From Squalus acanthias (taxonomy: Eukaryota), in contig JASTWF010000048.1 of assembly GCA_030390025.1 (NCBI GenBank), positions 1,984,001 through 2,048,000 on the forward strand: 64,000 bases of DNA, written 5' to 3'. Below, piece after piece: positions 1-10,509 of this stretch. The notes under the pieces are model-generated. The model saw only the letters and a list, made by a program, of their open reading frames with translations, did not search any database and was not told where the DNA came from. Positions within the stretch are counted from its first letter, which is position 1; each line of letters begins with the position of its first letter. The translations under genes and the position numbers were made by a program.

Positions 1-872
1 GCTCAGTTCCAAAGTAAACAGCGTAGTGCTAATTCTTTCGGCCTTAAAAGACTCGGTCGTGTACTTCGTAACATCACCTGCTACAGCAGAATAGAAAAGA
101 GCTTCTAATGCCCGGTCGGGTTCTTGTCTGTACCAGTACATTTGGAAATAAGCAGTATTCCTCAGCGTGCATCTGAGCGTGGTCGACTCTCCTGCTCCAA
201 TCGATAGGACAGAAGGCAACTGCTCCACGTACGAGGCGAGTATTCCTGTCGAATGCAACATCGATTAATTTCTTATTTTTTTCAATAATTGATTTGAGCA
301 CGGACTGCAATGAAAAAGAACTTCCATTCATAAAGCGCTTTCACGAACTCAAAAATTCACAAAGCTCTTTACAGCCAATGAAGTGCTGATTAAATTGTCG
401 TCATTGTTGTAATGTCGGAAAGGAGACAGCCAATTTCAGCACAGCAAGCTCCCACATACTGCATTGAAATAAATGACCAGTACATCTGATTTTTGGTGTT
501 TGCTGTGGGATTAATGTTGGCCCAGGACACCGGCGACAACTACGCTGCTCTTCTTCTAATAGTGCCCTGGGATCATTTACGTCCACCTGAGAGGGCAGCT
601 CGGTTTACTGCCTTATCTGAAAGATGGCACCTCCGATAGTGCAGCACTTCCTCAGTGCTGGTCTCGGGAGTGTCAGCATAGATTTTGTGCTCAAGTCTCA
701 GGAGTAAGACTCCAACCCAAAACCTATGATTCCGAGGCAAGGTTTCGAACAGCTGAACAACAACTGACATTATAATACATTATTCTACAAAGATCTCTGC
801 ATAAGTTTGTTACTTTGACTTACGTGAGATCATTGTCATCATCAATGTTAGATAATAAAATTCATGAAACAT
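1..872 (-). CDS. TRBV: TCR V gene, family 2 (CACS type), 3' end outside window; L exon 872-824, V exon 245-<1
   Basis: L exon MFHEFYYLTLMMTMIS+C|GTAAGT (49 nt); acceptor gacag|GA at 245; open frame ILASYVEQLPSVLSIGAGESTTLRCTLRNTAYFQMYWYRQEPDRALEALFYSAVAGDVTKY...LELS to the window edge. Confidence 0.85.
320..770 (-). mobile_element. tRNA-derived Deu-domain SINE (SacSINE1-like) in leader-V intron
   Basis: tRNA-like head, then Deu-like core (gatcccagggcactattagaagaagagcag...gtgtcctgggccaac...gcttgctgtgctgaaattggctg) and tail aaagcgctttatgaatg; recognised from memory. Confidence 0.65.
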
Positions 873-991
873 GATTTATTCATTCGACAATTGCTTACTG
901 TGCGAACTAGTGCAGCTCCAAACCACGTTTAAAATGCGATTTGTCGACTGGATCTCATTAAATACGAAGCATCCGGTTGTAATTGTCACTC

Positions 992-1006
992 TTACGTCAC
1001 TTCCGG
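992..1006 (-). promoter_or_regulatory. ETS-CRE composite (CCGGAAGTGACGTAA), Vbeta decamer-like promoter element
   Basis: About 120 bp upstream of the ATG at 872; conserved upstream of all five family-2 leaders. Confidence 0.65.
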
Positions 1007-1069
1007 TGCAAGACACGCCCCATCCCATTCCTTCCCTAATTTCGTAACTTCATAGAACCATACAGCACA

Positions 1070-1720
1070 GAACGTAAAGGAAAGGACAAATAGAGGTGAT
1101 AAATATTAAACATTACGAATGGTTTCGATAGAGTTGATAGGGAGAATCTAAATCCACTGGCAGGAGGGTCGTTAACCAGAGGGCACAGATTTAAGATAAT
1201 AGGCAAAAGGACCAGCGGGGAGATGAGGAGACGTAAATTTTATTGCAGAGAGTTGTCATGATCTGGAATGCATTGCCTGAAATGGCGATGGAAGCAGATT
1301 CAATAATTACTTCTTCAAGGGAATTGGATATAAACTTGATATGGAAAAAAACAGGACTATGGGGAAACAGCAGGGGAGTGGGACTAAATTGATAATCGGG
1401 ACCAAAACTAGGGGCTTATAGGATATACACTAATACATGCAAGAGGGAATTCAGGAGTACCCTCGTTACACAAAGTGTGGTGTGAATCTGAAACTTGCTA
1501 CCGCATGGAATGGTTGTGTCGAATAGCATAGTTGCATTTAAGGGGAAGCTAGATAATTACATGAGAGAGAAAGGAATTGAAGGATATGCTAATGGGCGTA
1601 CTTGAAGAGGGGTAGGACGAAGCCGGTGGGGGTCAAATTGGATAGGTCTTTCAAAGAGCCGCATCAGACCAGTCGGTCCGAATGGCCTACTTCAGTGCTG
1701 TAGGATTCTATGATTCTTGG
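1070..1720 (+). mobile_element. Degenerate CR1 LINE 3' fragments
   Basis: Typical CR1 3' motifs (agagggcacagatttaag, atctggaatgcattgcctga, ccgaatggcct...gattctatgattc tail). Confidence 0.7.
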
Positions 1721-2476
1721 AAAAATAGAACGTTGCTGGGAAAAATGCTCTCCTGTTGCAGGCAGTGCAGGTTTGAGTTCCGATGTGCTGAGCGAGAATT
1801 CAAGGGTTAAATTCTTTGCTGAGCTGAATTCGCAGATTCTTTGAAAAACACATCAAAAGCCATCTAGAGTCTGATAGAGAAGCGGGTAAACGGTTTTCAA
1901 CAGATTCTGAAACCGCCGTCATGCGGCAGGTGTCCCGGAGACAAACATATCTGAAGATGCGTCTCGTCTTCGCACAGTGTGAACCATCGGTGAGAATTGC
2001 AAGGGTTCTAATATTAAGTATTTCCTAATTGTATGGGGTGTTCTCCTTAGAGCAAAGAATGTAAGGCGGAGCTTTACCAGAATGATAGCAGGAGTGAGCG
2101 ACTCCACTTTGCTGCAGAGACTGGAGAAGCTGGTGTTGTTCTGTCTACAGCACGCAATCTGGTTCTTAAATGACGATAATATCTTAAAAGAATGACATTC
2201 AGTACGTTGATATATTACATTTTTAATTAATTAAAAGCAATTTGTAATCTACNNNNNNNNNNNNNNNNNNNNNNNNNNNNNNNNNNNNNNNNNNNNNNNN
2301 NNNNNNNNNNNNNNNNNNNNNNNNNNNNNNNNNNNNNNNNNNNNNNNNNNNNNNNNNNNNNNNNNNNNNNNNNNNNNNNNNNNNNNNNNNNNNNNNNNNN
2401 NNNNNNNNNTTTCGCTCTTTCCCGGTCTATCTAAATATGATTAGAACTAGTTGGGGGTTGGTGTCTGAGACGGATG

Positions 2477-2515
2477 GGTTTTTGTAGCACGGTTCAATCT
2501 GAGTGTATCTCTGTG
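2477..2515 (-). other. 23-RSS (CACAGAG-23-ACAAAAACC)
   Basis: Abuts YFCACSD; heptamer 2515-2509, nonamer 2485-2477. Confidence 0.9.
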
Positions 2516-3666
2516 CATCACTGCAGGCGCAGAAATACCGCGCCGTGTCGTTCGGCCGCACCACCGATATCTTCAGATCGAAGGAGTTATCTGCAGTTTT
2601 CTTTGCCCAAAATCTCTCCGTGATCCCCTCCGACCTGGTCGGGTCACCATCATTCACCGCATACAACAGGTCCTGGAGTCCTAGGCCCGGGACCTGACGG
2701 TACCAGTACATATAAGGATCAGTGCTGCGTTGGGTACACGGGATAGTCACAGACTCGCCCTCTATCACCGACACATACTCCCGGGACTGCACGATCTTCT
2801 GAGACCCGCCAACTCCTGGAAGGAAAATAGAAGTGAACAGCAAAGAGAGACAGTTATTTCCCCCGAAATTAGACCCACTAACCTGTTTAATTATTAGTTG
2901 TTATTTGACTGATTTTCCACTTTCCCTCGCACTCTTGCTTTTCATTTCAATCGATGTATTTTCTGTATTTTCACATAAATCTAATTGAGCTGACCAAAGG
3001 ATTGGATAGGCTAGATAGGGCGAAATGATTTCCCCTGTCTACCCTATCACCCCCTGTTCCGAAGCTCCTTAACAGACACAATCTACCGGCTCTACCGCGC
3101 GACATTCTGGTTTAAGTCGATTTGGCAAAACAAGATTTATCGTCAAAAGCCGCAGGCACTTGTAATTAGACAGGAGCCAGTAGGTTTAGTGGAGCTCTCC
3201 TTATAATATAGATTGGCGTGGAAATGTCACTCACTGGTTCAACTATTATAGAAAAATCCCTGTTAACTAAATGTCCCTCCCGCCCTAATTTAACACAATT
3301 TATCACCTTTATGTGTCACTAAAGAGATATAGTCTACTTGCTCCAACAACCCTGTTCTCTTCCTTTCCTTTGTTCTTTCTTTCGTTTTAGCTATTTTCTT
3401 TCTGTCTTTCTTTTTTCTTTCTTTCTGTCTTTCTTTCCATCTTTCCTTCGTTCTATCATTCTTTCTTTCTATCTTTCTCTCTATCTTTTAATCTCATCCA
3501 TCCATTCATTCTTTCTCTTTTTGTTGAAAATTAAAACTTGTTTTGTAGGCTCTTTAATAGATTCCTACTCCAAAAGCTGAAACCCTCTATGTGACACCGG
3601 GCTCTCGCTTTACTTACCCGCCAATAGGAACAGCGACAACGTGCAGGACAGGAGGCAAGTCCGCAT
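2516..3666 (-). CDS. TRBV: TCR V gene, family 3 (CACSD type), intact; L exon 3666-3618, V exon 2815-2516
   Basis: L MRTCLLSCTLSLFLLA+G|GTAAGT; acceptor ttccag|GA; V GVGGSQKIVQSREYVSVIEGESVTIPCTQRSTDPYMYWYRQVPGLGLQ...DTARYFCACSD with both Cys and the conserved Trp. Confidence 0.88.
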
Positions 3667-3817
3667 GGTCCGGGACAGAGCGTTTGAGACCGGGAGCCCC
3701 TCGACCAAGAAGCTGTCCAGAGACTGGAGCAATGACACTGTTGTGTGCAAGGCCCGAACTGGCGCGTGTAAACGGCAACGTTCTCTATCATTCATAAGAA
3801 AACATTGAACATACAAT

Positions 3818-3975
3818 GCACCGCCCCGCCCTCTATGACTAGCAGCCCCGCCCCTCACTCGATGATTGATAGCACCGTCCGCCCTCTATATTTGACTGCC
3901 GCGTCATATTTCCCTGATTGACAGCCACCCCACCGTCTCCAATGAACAGTCCGGCCCCTCGTGCGCTGATTGGCT
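3818..3975. repeat. Degenerate ~27-bp GC-box/TGATTGACAG promoter minisatellite (family 3 promoter)
   Basis: Units like cagccccgcccctcactcgatgattga; paralog at 44420-44580. Confidence 0.6.
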
Positions 3976-3989
3976 GGAAGTGGAACAGA

Positions 3990-4830
3990 TGGGATCCGAG
4001 CGTTGCAAAGGGGACATCGAGATTAGTTGAGCGGGCACAACAGTGCAAGAAGGAACAGTGGAACAAGTGGGGAAGTGCGAGGTCATCCACTTGGGATCTA
4101 AGAAAGATAGATCAGAGCATTTTCCAAATGGTGTTAAGCTAGGAATTGCGGAGGAGCAAGGGGATTTAAGTGCTCAGGTAAACAATTCACTTAATGCCGA
4201 TAGACAGGGAAAAAAGGAATCAAAAGGCTAAAGGGATGTTGTCCTTTATCTGAAAGGGTCTGGAATACAAAGGGCAGGATGTTATTCTTCTATCGTATAG
4301 AGACTTGGTCAGACCCCATCGGGAGTACTGAGTTAAATTCTGGGTACCGCACCTCAGGAAGAATATATTAGACTTGGAGGGGATGCAGCGCAGATTCTCC
4401 AGACGTTTACCCGGGACAGAGGGGATAAAATTATGAGGAAGGATTGCAAAACTTGGCCTATATTACGTTGAGTATAGAAGATTCAGTGCTGAACTAATTG
4501 AGATTTGTAAATGTTAAATCAAGTTGATAGTGTATATAGAGAGAAACTATTTCTCTGGTGGGGGAGTCCAGGACAGGGGGAGCGTAACCTTAAAGTTAGA
4601 GTTAGGTCTTTCAGGCATTGTGTCAAAAACACCTCTTCACAGGTTGGTCGTGGAAATGTGGAACTCTCTCCTCCAAGAGTCTGTTCAGGCTAAGGGTCAA
4701 TTGCAGCTTTCAGGACTGTGATTGATAGATATTTATTTGGTAAGTGTATCGAAATTCATTGGGAAAAAAGCGGTTAGATAGAATGAAGATACTCATCAAC
4801 CATGATCTTATTGTCTGGCATAGCAGTGTC
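3990..4830 (+). mobile_element. Degenerate CR1 LINE ORF2 3' fragment
   Basis: Remnant KCEVIHLG...EEQGDL peptide and CR1 3' UTR motifs. Confidence 0.75.
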
Positions 4831-4990
4831 GCGGGGCTGAATGGCCTCCTCCTGTTCCTGTGTAACAGGCTCCTGTGGCTGAATGGCCTCTTCCTGTTCC
4901 TGTGTATACGGTCCCGAGGATGCTTAATAGCCTTTTCCTGTTCCTATGTAACAGGCTCAAGGGGACGGAATGACCTCCTTCTATTCCATA
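4830..4990 (+). repeat. ~42-bp tandem repeat derived from CR1 3' terminal hairpin
   Basis: Unit aggctcgaggggctgaatggcctcctcctgttcctgtgtaac; similar arrays near 15730-16010, 22140-22250, 26390-26500, 32000-32160, 34350-34510, 45430-45590, 55170-55370, 60140-60350. Confidence 0.7.
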
Positions 4991-5030
4991 TTAAACCATA
5001 TCACAATCAAACGTGTGGTTCCTGGTCCTA

Positions 5031-5048
5031 GAGCGCCCTCTTCAGTCT
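5031..5048 (-). promoter_or_regulatory. CTCF-like motif AGACTGAAGAGGGCGCTC
   Basis: Matches CTCF core 3' half AGRKGGCRC; about 450 bp downstream of V5538 RSS. Confidence 0.5.
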
Positions 5049-5498
5049 CTGTGGAGAAAGAAAACACATTGTCAGTGTGTAAAAGCTCGACAGTCTTTAC
5101 TTCATTTCAAAATGTTTAACTTTTTTTTTCTTTCTGTTTATCTTTCTTTCTTTCTTTCTGTCTATCTTTCTTCCTTTCTTTCTGAATGTCTTTCTTTCTA
5201 TCTTCCTATCTTTCTTTTCGGACTTGTTTCTTTCTTCATATCATTCTTTCTTGCTGTCTTTCTGTCCTTTTTCGTTCTCCCTCTCCGTCTTTCCTTCTTT
5301 CTTTCTATCTTCCTTTCTATCGTCCTTGCGTTCTTCACTACATCTTTGCAGCTTCTCCAGAACCTTTTTTAAATGTAATTTCTCACATTTGTTCAAACCC
5401 TTTCCTTCTTGTCAAAACACATTCGCTCTGCAAAATAAACCCAACAGGATGCGGCACCGCGCTGTTTCATCACAACAGGTGTTGCCTGCAGCCTTTGG

Positions 5499-5537
5499 GG
5501 TTTTTGTTGAGCTCCTCCATCTCTCTGAGTCACTGTG
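5499..5537 (-). other. 23-RSS, consensus (CACAGTG-23-ACAAAAACC)
   Basis: Heptamer 5537-5531, spacer ACTCAGAGAGATGGAGGAGCTCA, nonamer 5507-5499. Confidence 0.95.
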
Positions 5538-6072
5538 AAGACTCCAGGCGCAGTAATACACGGCCGAGTGATTCGCCAGCAGGTGGGAGGACTCCAGGTT
5601 GAACTCGTTGTCATTCGGTCTCTCGGCGGTAAAACCGTAAACCGTCCCCTCTGCATTCACGTGATTAGCAATCGTGGAGTAAAACATTAACTGCGGCTCC
5701 TTCCCCGGGTCCTGTCTGTACCAGTACATGTATCCGCTACTGGCGCCTTCCACCTCGCACTTCAGTTCCACTCCCTTCCCAGGAATATTGGAGAGAGCGG
5801 CGGGAGTCTGGCGGATCGTCTGCGAGTTCACATCTGGGAAAGAGACGGTGAGAGGAAGAGATAAGTAAACAGGCGAATTCTCTGTTGTGGTGTTAAAAAG
5901 AATTAAAGAGCGAGAGAATGAAGGACAGAACGAAGGGAAGAATAGAAAAAAACGAAAGGAATAAAGAAAGAAGGAAAGAAATAAAGAGTAAAGAAAGTTT
6001 ATTGAAAAAGACGATTGTTTGAAAAAGTCCCTTACATTGAAATAAGATCATGAGACTCATTAACAGATACAT
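5538..6072 (-). CDS. TRBV: TCR V gene, family 1 (TRBV30-like, CAWS), intact; L exon 6072-6036, V exon 5833-5538
   Basis: L MYLLMSLMILFQ+T|GTAAG (37 nt); ttcccag|AT; VNSQTIRQTPAALSNIPGKGVELKCEVEGASSGYMYWYRQDPGKEPQLMFYS...SAVYYCAWS; 296-nt V exon. Confidence 0.9.
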
Positions 6073-6175
6073 CTTTTATTTAAAAGATTTACTTTTAAAA
6101 ATGAAATCAGCGAAAACAAGAGCGTTGAGTCTCGTGAGGATCCAACCCGCTCTTTTCAAATCATTGACGAGCGGA

Positions 6176-6188
6176 AGGAAGTGATGCA
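6176..6188 (+). promoter_or_regulatory. ETS plus CRE/AP1-like motif AGGAAGTGATGCA in family-1 promoter
   Basis: About 105-115 bp upstream of the ATG; also at 17156, 21517, 27845, 46818 (variant) and 61407. Confidence 0.55.
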
Positions 6189-6189
6189 G

Positions 6190-6372
6190 GCCACGCCCTC
6201 TCTGATTGACAGCATCGCTCCTCCACTCCTACGCTGATTGACAGACCCGCCCCACTCTCTGAAACATAGTCCCGCAACCCACGCTGATTGACAGACCCGC
6301 CCTCACGCTCTGATACATAGTCCCGCCCCCCACACTGATTGACAGTCCAGCCCCTCCCTCTCTGTTTGACAG
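6190..6372. repeat. GC-box/TGATTGACAG promoter minisatellite (mixed units)
   Basis: Repeated ctgattgacag separated by cccgccc; paralogs at 33250-33410, 35628-35790, 46830-46993. Confidence 0.7.
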
Positions 6373-6379
6373 TGAGGAG

Positions 6380-7260
6380 AGCAAACGGGAGCAGGTAGTT
6401 GCAAAGTTGAGCTAAACAACTTACGTGAATGAGAAAAAACAGCGACAGGTAGAGTTTAACGTGGAACGTGGGCAAGTATGAGGCCAACCACTGGGGGCCT
6501 AAGGAGGAAACATCAGTGTATTTTCTAACTGATGAGAAGCTGGAAACTGTCGAGGAGCAAAGAGATTTAGTTGGCCCGGTACACAAATCAATAAAAACCA
6601 GGAGACAGGTGCAAAAAGGAATCAAACAGCTTAATGCAATGTTGGCCTTTATGTCAAGGAGGCTGGAATACAAAAGGGAGGAAGTTATGCTTCAGTTGGG
6701 CAGACCTCTGTCAGACTCCAAGTGGCAAACGAGGTTCTGTTCTGGGGAACGCACCTCAGGAAGGACGTTTTGGTCTTGCAGGGAGTGCAAGGCAGACTCA
6801 CCAGAATGCTTAGAGGGTTAAATTATGAAGACAGGTGGCATAGAATATCCTTGTCTGCCCTTGCATATACAAGATTGAGGGATAAACTGATTTAGTCTTT
6901 TGAGGTTAAAAGGTGTTGATAGGGTAGACAGAATGAAAGTATGTCCACTGGTGGCGGAGTCCAAAACAACGGGGCATAACTTTACAGTGAGAGCTAAGCC
7001 TTTCTCGCGTGAGGGCAGGAAGCACTTCTTCACACAAAGGGCAGTGAGAAACTTCAATTCTCTGCCCGAAAACGATGTGGGTGCTGGCGGTCAATTGGAG
7101 ATTTCTTTACCGAGATTGATAGATTTTTTCTTGAATTAGTTAGCAAATCAAGAGATAGGGAGCAAAAGCGGGTCGATGGATTTAAGTTAAGTTACAGCTA
7201 TGATCCAATTGAATGGCGAAGTCGGGTTGACGAGCTGAATGGCCTCCTCCTGTTCCTGTC
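6380..7260 (+). mobile_element. Degenerate CR1 LINE 3' fragment
   Basis: ORF-track peptides ETVEEQRDLVG...NAMLAFMSRRLEYK and GHNFTVRAKPF...HFFTQRAV; paralogs 35800-36650 and 47000-47890. Confidence 0.8.
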
Positions 7261-7306
7261 TTTCTATTAAACCATGTTCCAGGCACTGAAATCTTTCATG
7301 GTCCTA

Positions 7307-7324
7307 GAGCGCCCTCTGCTGTCC
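7307..7324 (-). promoter_or_regulatory. CTCF motif GGACAGCAGAGGGCGCTC (linked to relic V at 9201)
   Basis: One mismatch to GGCCASYAGRKGGCRSY. Confidence 0.65.
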
Positions 7325-7912
7325 TTGTGGAAAAACACAGCGTCAGTCGACAAAAAACCANNNNNNNNNNNNNNNNNNNNNNNNNNNNNNNNNNNNNNNN
7401 NNNNNNNNNNNNNNNNNNNNNNNNNNNNNNNNNNNNNNNNNNNNNNNNNNNNNNNNNNNNNNNNNNNNNNNNNNNNNNNNNNNNNNNNNNNNNNNNNNNN
7501 NNNNNNNNNNNNNNNNNNNNNNNNNNNNNNNNNNNNNNNNNNNNNNNNNNNNNNNNNNNNNNNNNNNNNNTCGTTCTATCTTTCTGTCTTTGTGCCTTTC
7601 TTTCTCTATCCTTTTCTTTTTATTTTTCTATCACTATATCATTCTTTCCTTCATTACTTATATATTTAATTCCCTCTTTCTACCTTTTTTACATTCCTTC
7701 TTTCCTTTCTTTCTTTTTGCTTTGATTATTTGAGTTTGTTTTGCTCAGCCCCAACTCCACCTATCACTGAAAGGCAGTGACCTCGGCGGACTGAATGTGC
7801 TCAACACTTCAGACAGGACAGGTTGATGTTGTGCCCGAGCAACATATCCTTCTATTGCTTTCTCATTCTTATGTTTATGTAGCTTCCCCTTAAATGCATC
7901 TGTGCTACTCGA

Positions 7913-8978
7913 AGTAACTGGCTATCTCAAGAAGGCAGCGGGTGGTGGTGGATGGAAAATTTTCGGATTGGAGACCAGTTACCAGCGGTGTGCCACAGGG
8001 GTCGGTGCTGGGTCCTCTGCTGTTTGTGATTTTTATCAATGACTTGGAGGAGGGGACTGAAGGGTGGATCAGTAAATTTGCTGATGACACCAAGATTGGT
8101 GGAGTAGTGGATGAGGTGGAGGGCTGTTGTAGGCTGCAAAGAAACATTGATAGGATGCAGAGCTGGGCCGAAAAATGGCAGATGGAATTTAACCCTGATA
8201 AGTGCGAGGTGATTCATTTTGGTAGGGCAAATTTGAATAAGGATTACAGAGGCAACGGCAGGGTTCTAAGGAACGTGGAGGAACAGAGGGATCTGGGGGT
8301 TCATATCCACAGATCTCTGAAGGTTGCCACTCAAGTGGATAGAGCAGTAAAGAAGGCCTATAGTGTGTTAGCGTTTATTAACAAGGGGTTTGAGTTTAAG
8401 AACCGTGAGGTTAAGCTGCAACTGTACAGGACCTTGGTGAGACCACATTTGGAGTATTGTGTGCAGTTCTGGTCACCTCACTATAAGAAGGACGTGGAAG
8501 CATTGGAAAGAGTGAAAAGGAGATTTACCAGGATGCTGCCTGGTTTGGGGGGGAGGTCATATGAGGAAGGATTGAGGGAGCTTATGCTTTAATCTTTAGA
8601 GCGGAGGAGGATGAGAGGCGACTTAATAGAGGTTTATAAGATGATGAGGGGGATAGATAGAGTGTATGTTCAGAGACTATTTCCTCGGGTGGATGTAGCT
8701 GTTACAAGGGGGCATAACTATAAGGTGCATGGGGGGAGATATAGAAGGGATGTCCGAAGTAGATTCTTTACTCAGAGAGTCGTTGGAGTGTGGAATGGAC
8801 TGCCTGCTGTGATAGTGGAGTCGGACACTTTAGGAACTTTCAAGCGGTTATTGGATAAGCAGATGGAGCACACCAGAATGATAGGGAGTGGGATAGCTTG
8901 ATCTTGGTTTCGGACAATGCTCGGCACAACATCGAGGGCCGAAGGGCCTGTACTGTGCTGTACTGTTCTATGTTCTAT
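7913..8978 (+). mobile_element. Young 5'-truncated CR1 LINE (RT C-terminal part)
   Basis: [32 protein letters not shown]; (TGTTCTA)n tail; empty site gctactcgactcaa in paralog at ~37118. Confidence 0.92.
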
Positions 8979-9200
8979 GACTCAAACACTCCCTGTGGTA
9001 GCGAGTTCAACGTTCTCGCCATTCTCTGAGTAAAGATGTTTCTCCTGAATTCCCTATTTGAATTTATCTTATATTTATTACCCCGAGCTTCGGTCTTTCC
9101 CACATGTGGAAACATTTTCGATACATCGATCCTGTTGAAACCGTTTCATAATTTTCGCTATCAGCTTACCACTCAGTCTTCTCTTTTCTAGAGAAAGCAG

Positions 9201-9335
9201 CCTTCCCCGGGTATTGTCTGTGCCGGAACATGTTAGGGTTACCGATAGTCTTCACAGAGCATTTCAGTTCCACACGCTCCCGAGGTAATTTGAAGACAGC
9301 GGCGGGACTCTGGCGGATATTCTGCGAGCTCACAT
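9201..9335 (-). pseudogene. Family-1 V relic (FR1 to mid-FR2 only, no RSS, leader ATG lost)
   Basis: VSSQNIRQSPAAVFKLPRERVELKCSVKTIGNPNMFRHRQYPGK then fused to CR1; conserved W changed to R. Confidence 0.85.
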
Positions 9336-9729
9336 CTAGTATAGAGACGGGGAGAGGAAGAGGTCAGTAAACAGGGACATTCGGGCAATGGGAAAAGTGA
9401 GCAAGAGCGAAAGAAAGAAAGTGACATAGAAAGAAAGTAAGTAAATTGTGATTGTTAGCAATAATTATTGTTTGAAAAACTTTCTTAAGGTTAAACGTGT
9501 TCAGCAGTCACTAACAGATAGTTATTTTATTTCAATGTTTATTTCCAATGAGGGAAGGAGCGAGAGCAGGAACTGTTGCGAGGAGCCAAAGCGCGCTTTT
9601 CACATCATTGAGAGAAACATGAAAAGCTTAAGGAAGCAATAAAGGGATGGATAGATCCCCTGTCTCCAGTTCAACCAATCGGAATCGACGTGTTTGCCAA
9701 TGTCTCCCCTTGTTTATCACTGTCTCTCA

Positions 9730-10110
9730 ATCTCTCATTCTCTCTCTCTCTCTTTCTCTCGTGTATCTCTCTATGTTCCTCCGGCTCTCTTTATCTCTCT
9801 CTGAAACTTTCATTGTCTGGCTGTATATGTTTCAGCATCTCCCGCTCTCTCTATCTGTCAGTGTATGTGTGTGTGTGCGTGTGTGTGTGTGTCTTGTCTC
9901 TCTGCCTGTCTCTTTCTCTTTCTCTCTGTCTCCCTTTCAATCGCTTTCTCTTTCTCTCTCGCTATCTCTTCCTCTCTCTTTCTCTATCTCTCACTCTTTA
10001 TTTCTCTCTTTCATCTCTCTCTCTCTCTTTCTCTATCTCTTTGTCTTTGTCTCTCTCACTCCCTCATTCACTAACTCACTCTCTTGCTCTCTCTCTCTCT
10101 CTCTCTCACT
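9730..10110. repeat. (TC)n/(TG)n low-complexity tract
   Basis: Direct; paralogs 37890-38270 and 49300-49730. Confidence 0.85.
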
Positions 10111-10455
10111 TGAAACAAACTGCATTGAAAGGTAAATGTGCGCTGATCAGAACTGGTCTCCAGACTCAGACAGTGGAGCAGGAGTGAGAGATACGCGGTC
10201 CCACAGCCCCGCACATCCATCACCCTCCGCCCCTCCTGATTCTTCCACAAATGCAAGGATTGGTTACTGGTTGCAGGGCGGGGATGACGTATCACGTCAG
10301 ACGACACGCCTCACCATCTTGTCCACAGCCATTTAATGAGGGGAGGGGAGAGCAGGGAATATGGGATGCGAGGGGAAGGGGAGGAAGGAGTAGGAGAGAG
10401 TAGAGTAGAGGAGTAGAAGGATTGAAGGAGAAAGTATGCACTGAACTAATATCTA

Positions 10456-10475
10456 GTGCTGCCACATGGTGGTGG
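10456..10475 (-). promoter_or_regulatory. CTCF motif CCACCACCATGTGGCAGCAC, 34 bp beyond nonamer
   Basis: Near match to CCACCAGGTGGCAG; same position in four family-2 copies. Confidence 0.65.
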
Positions 10476-10509
10476 AAATGGAGCACTGAACTCCCAGTCG
10501 TCCGCTGCA

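Noticed and set aside
1973-2012. Plus-strand CACAGTG in the conserved upstream block as an inverted RSS or D/J segment
   Set aside because: No nonamer at 12 or 23 bp, no V/J-like frame next to it, and it is not kept in the 12570 copy
5412-5537. C-terminal extensions (LHSDSERWRSSTKTPK..., AQRLRKRLP...) as coding sequence
   Set aside because: They are read-through translations of the RSS and flank
9647-10187. Long Ser/Leu/Phe-rich ORFs (also 5013-5602, 37804-38344, 45748-46065, 49243-49812)
   Set aside because: Artifacts of TC/TTTC low-complexity tracts
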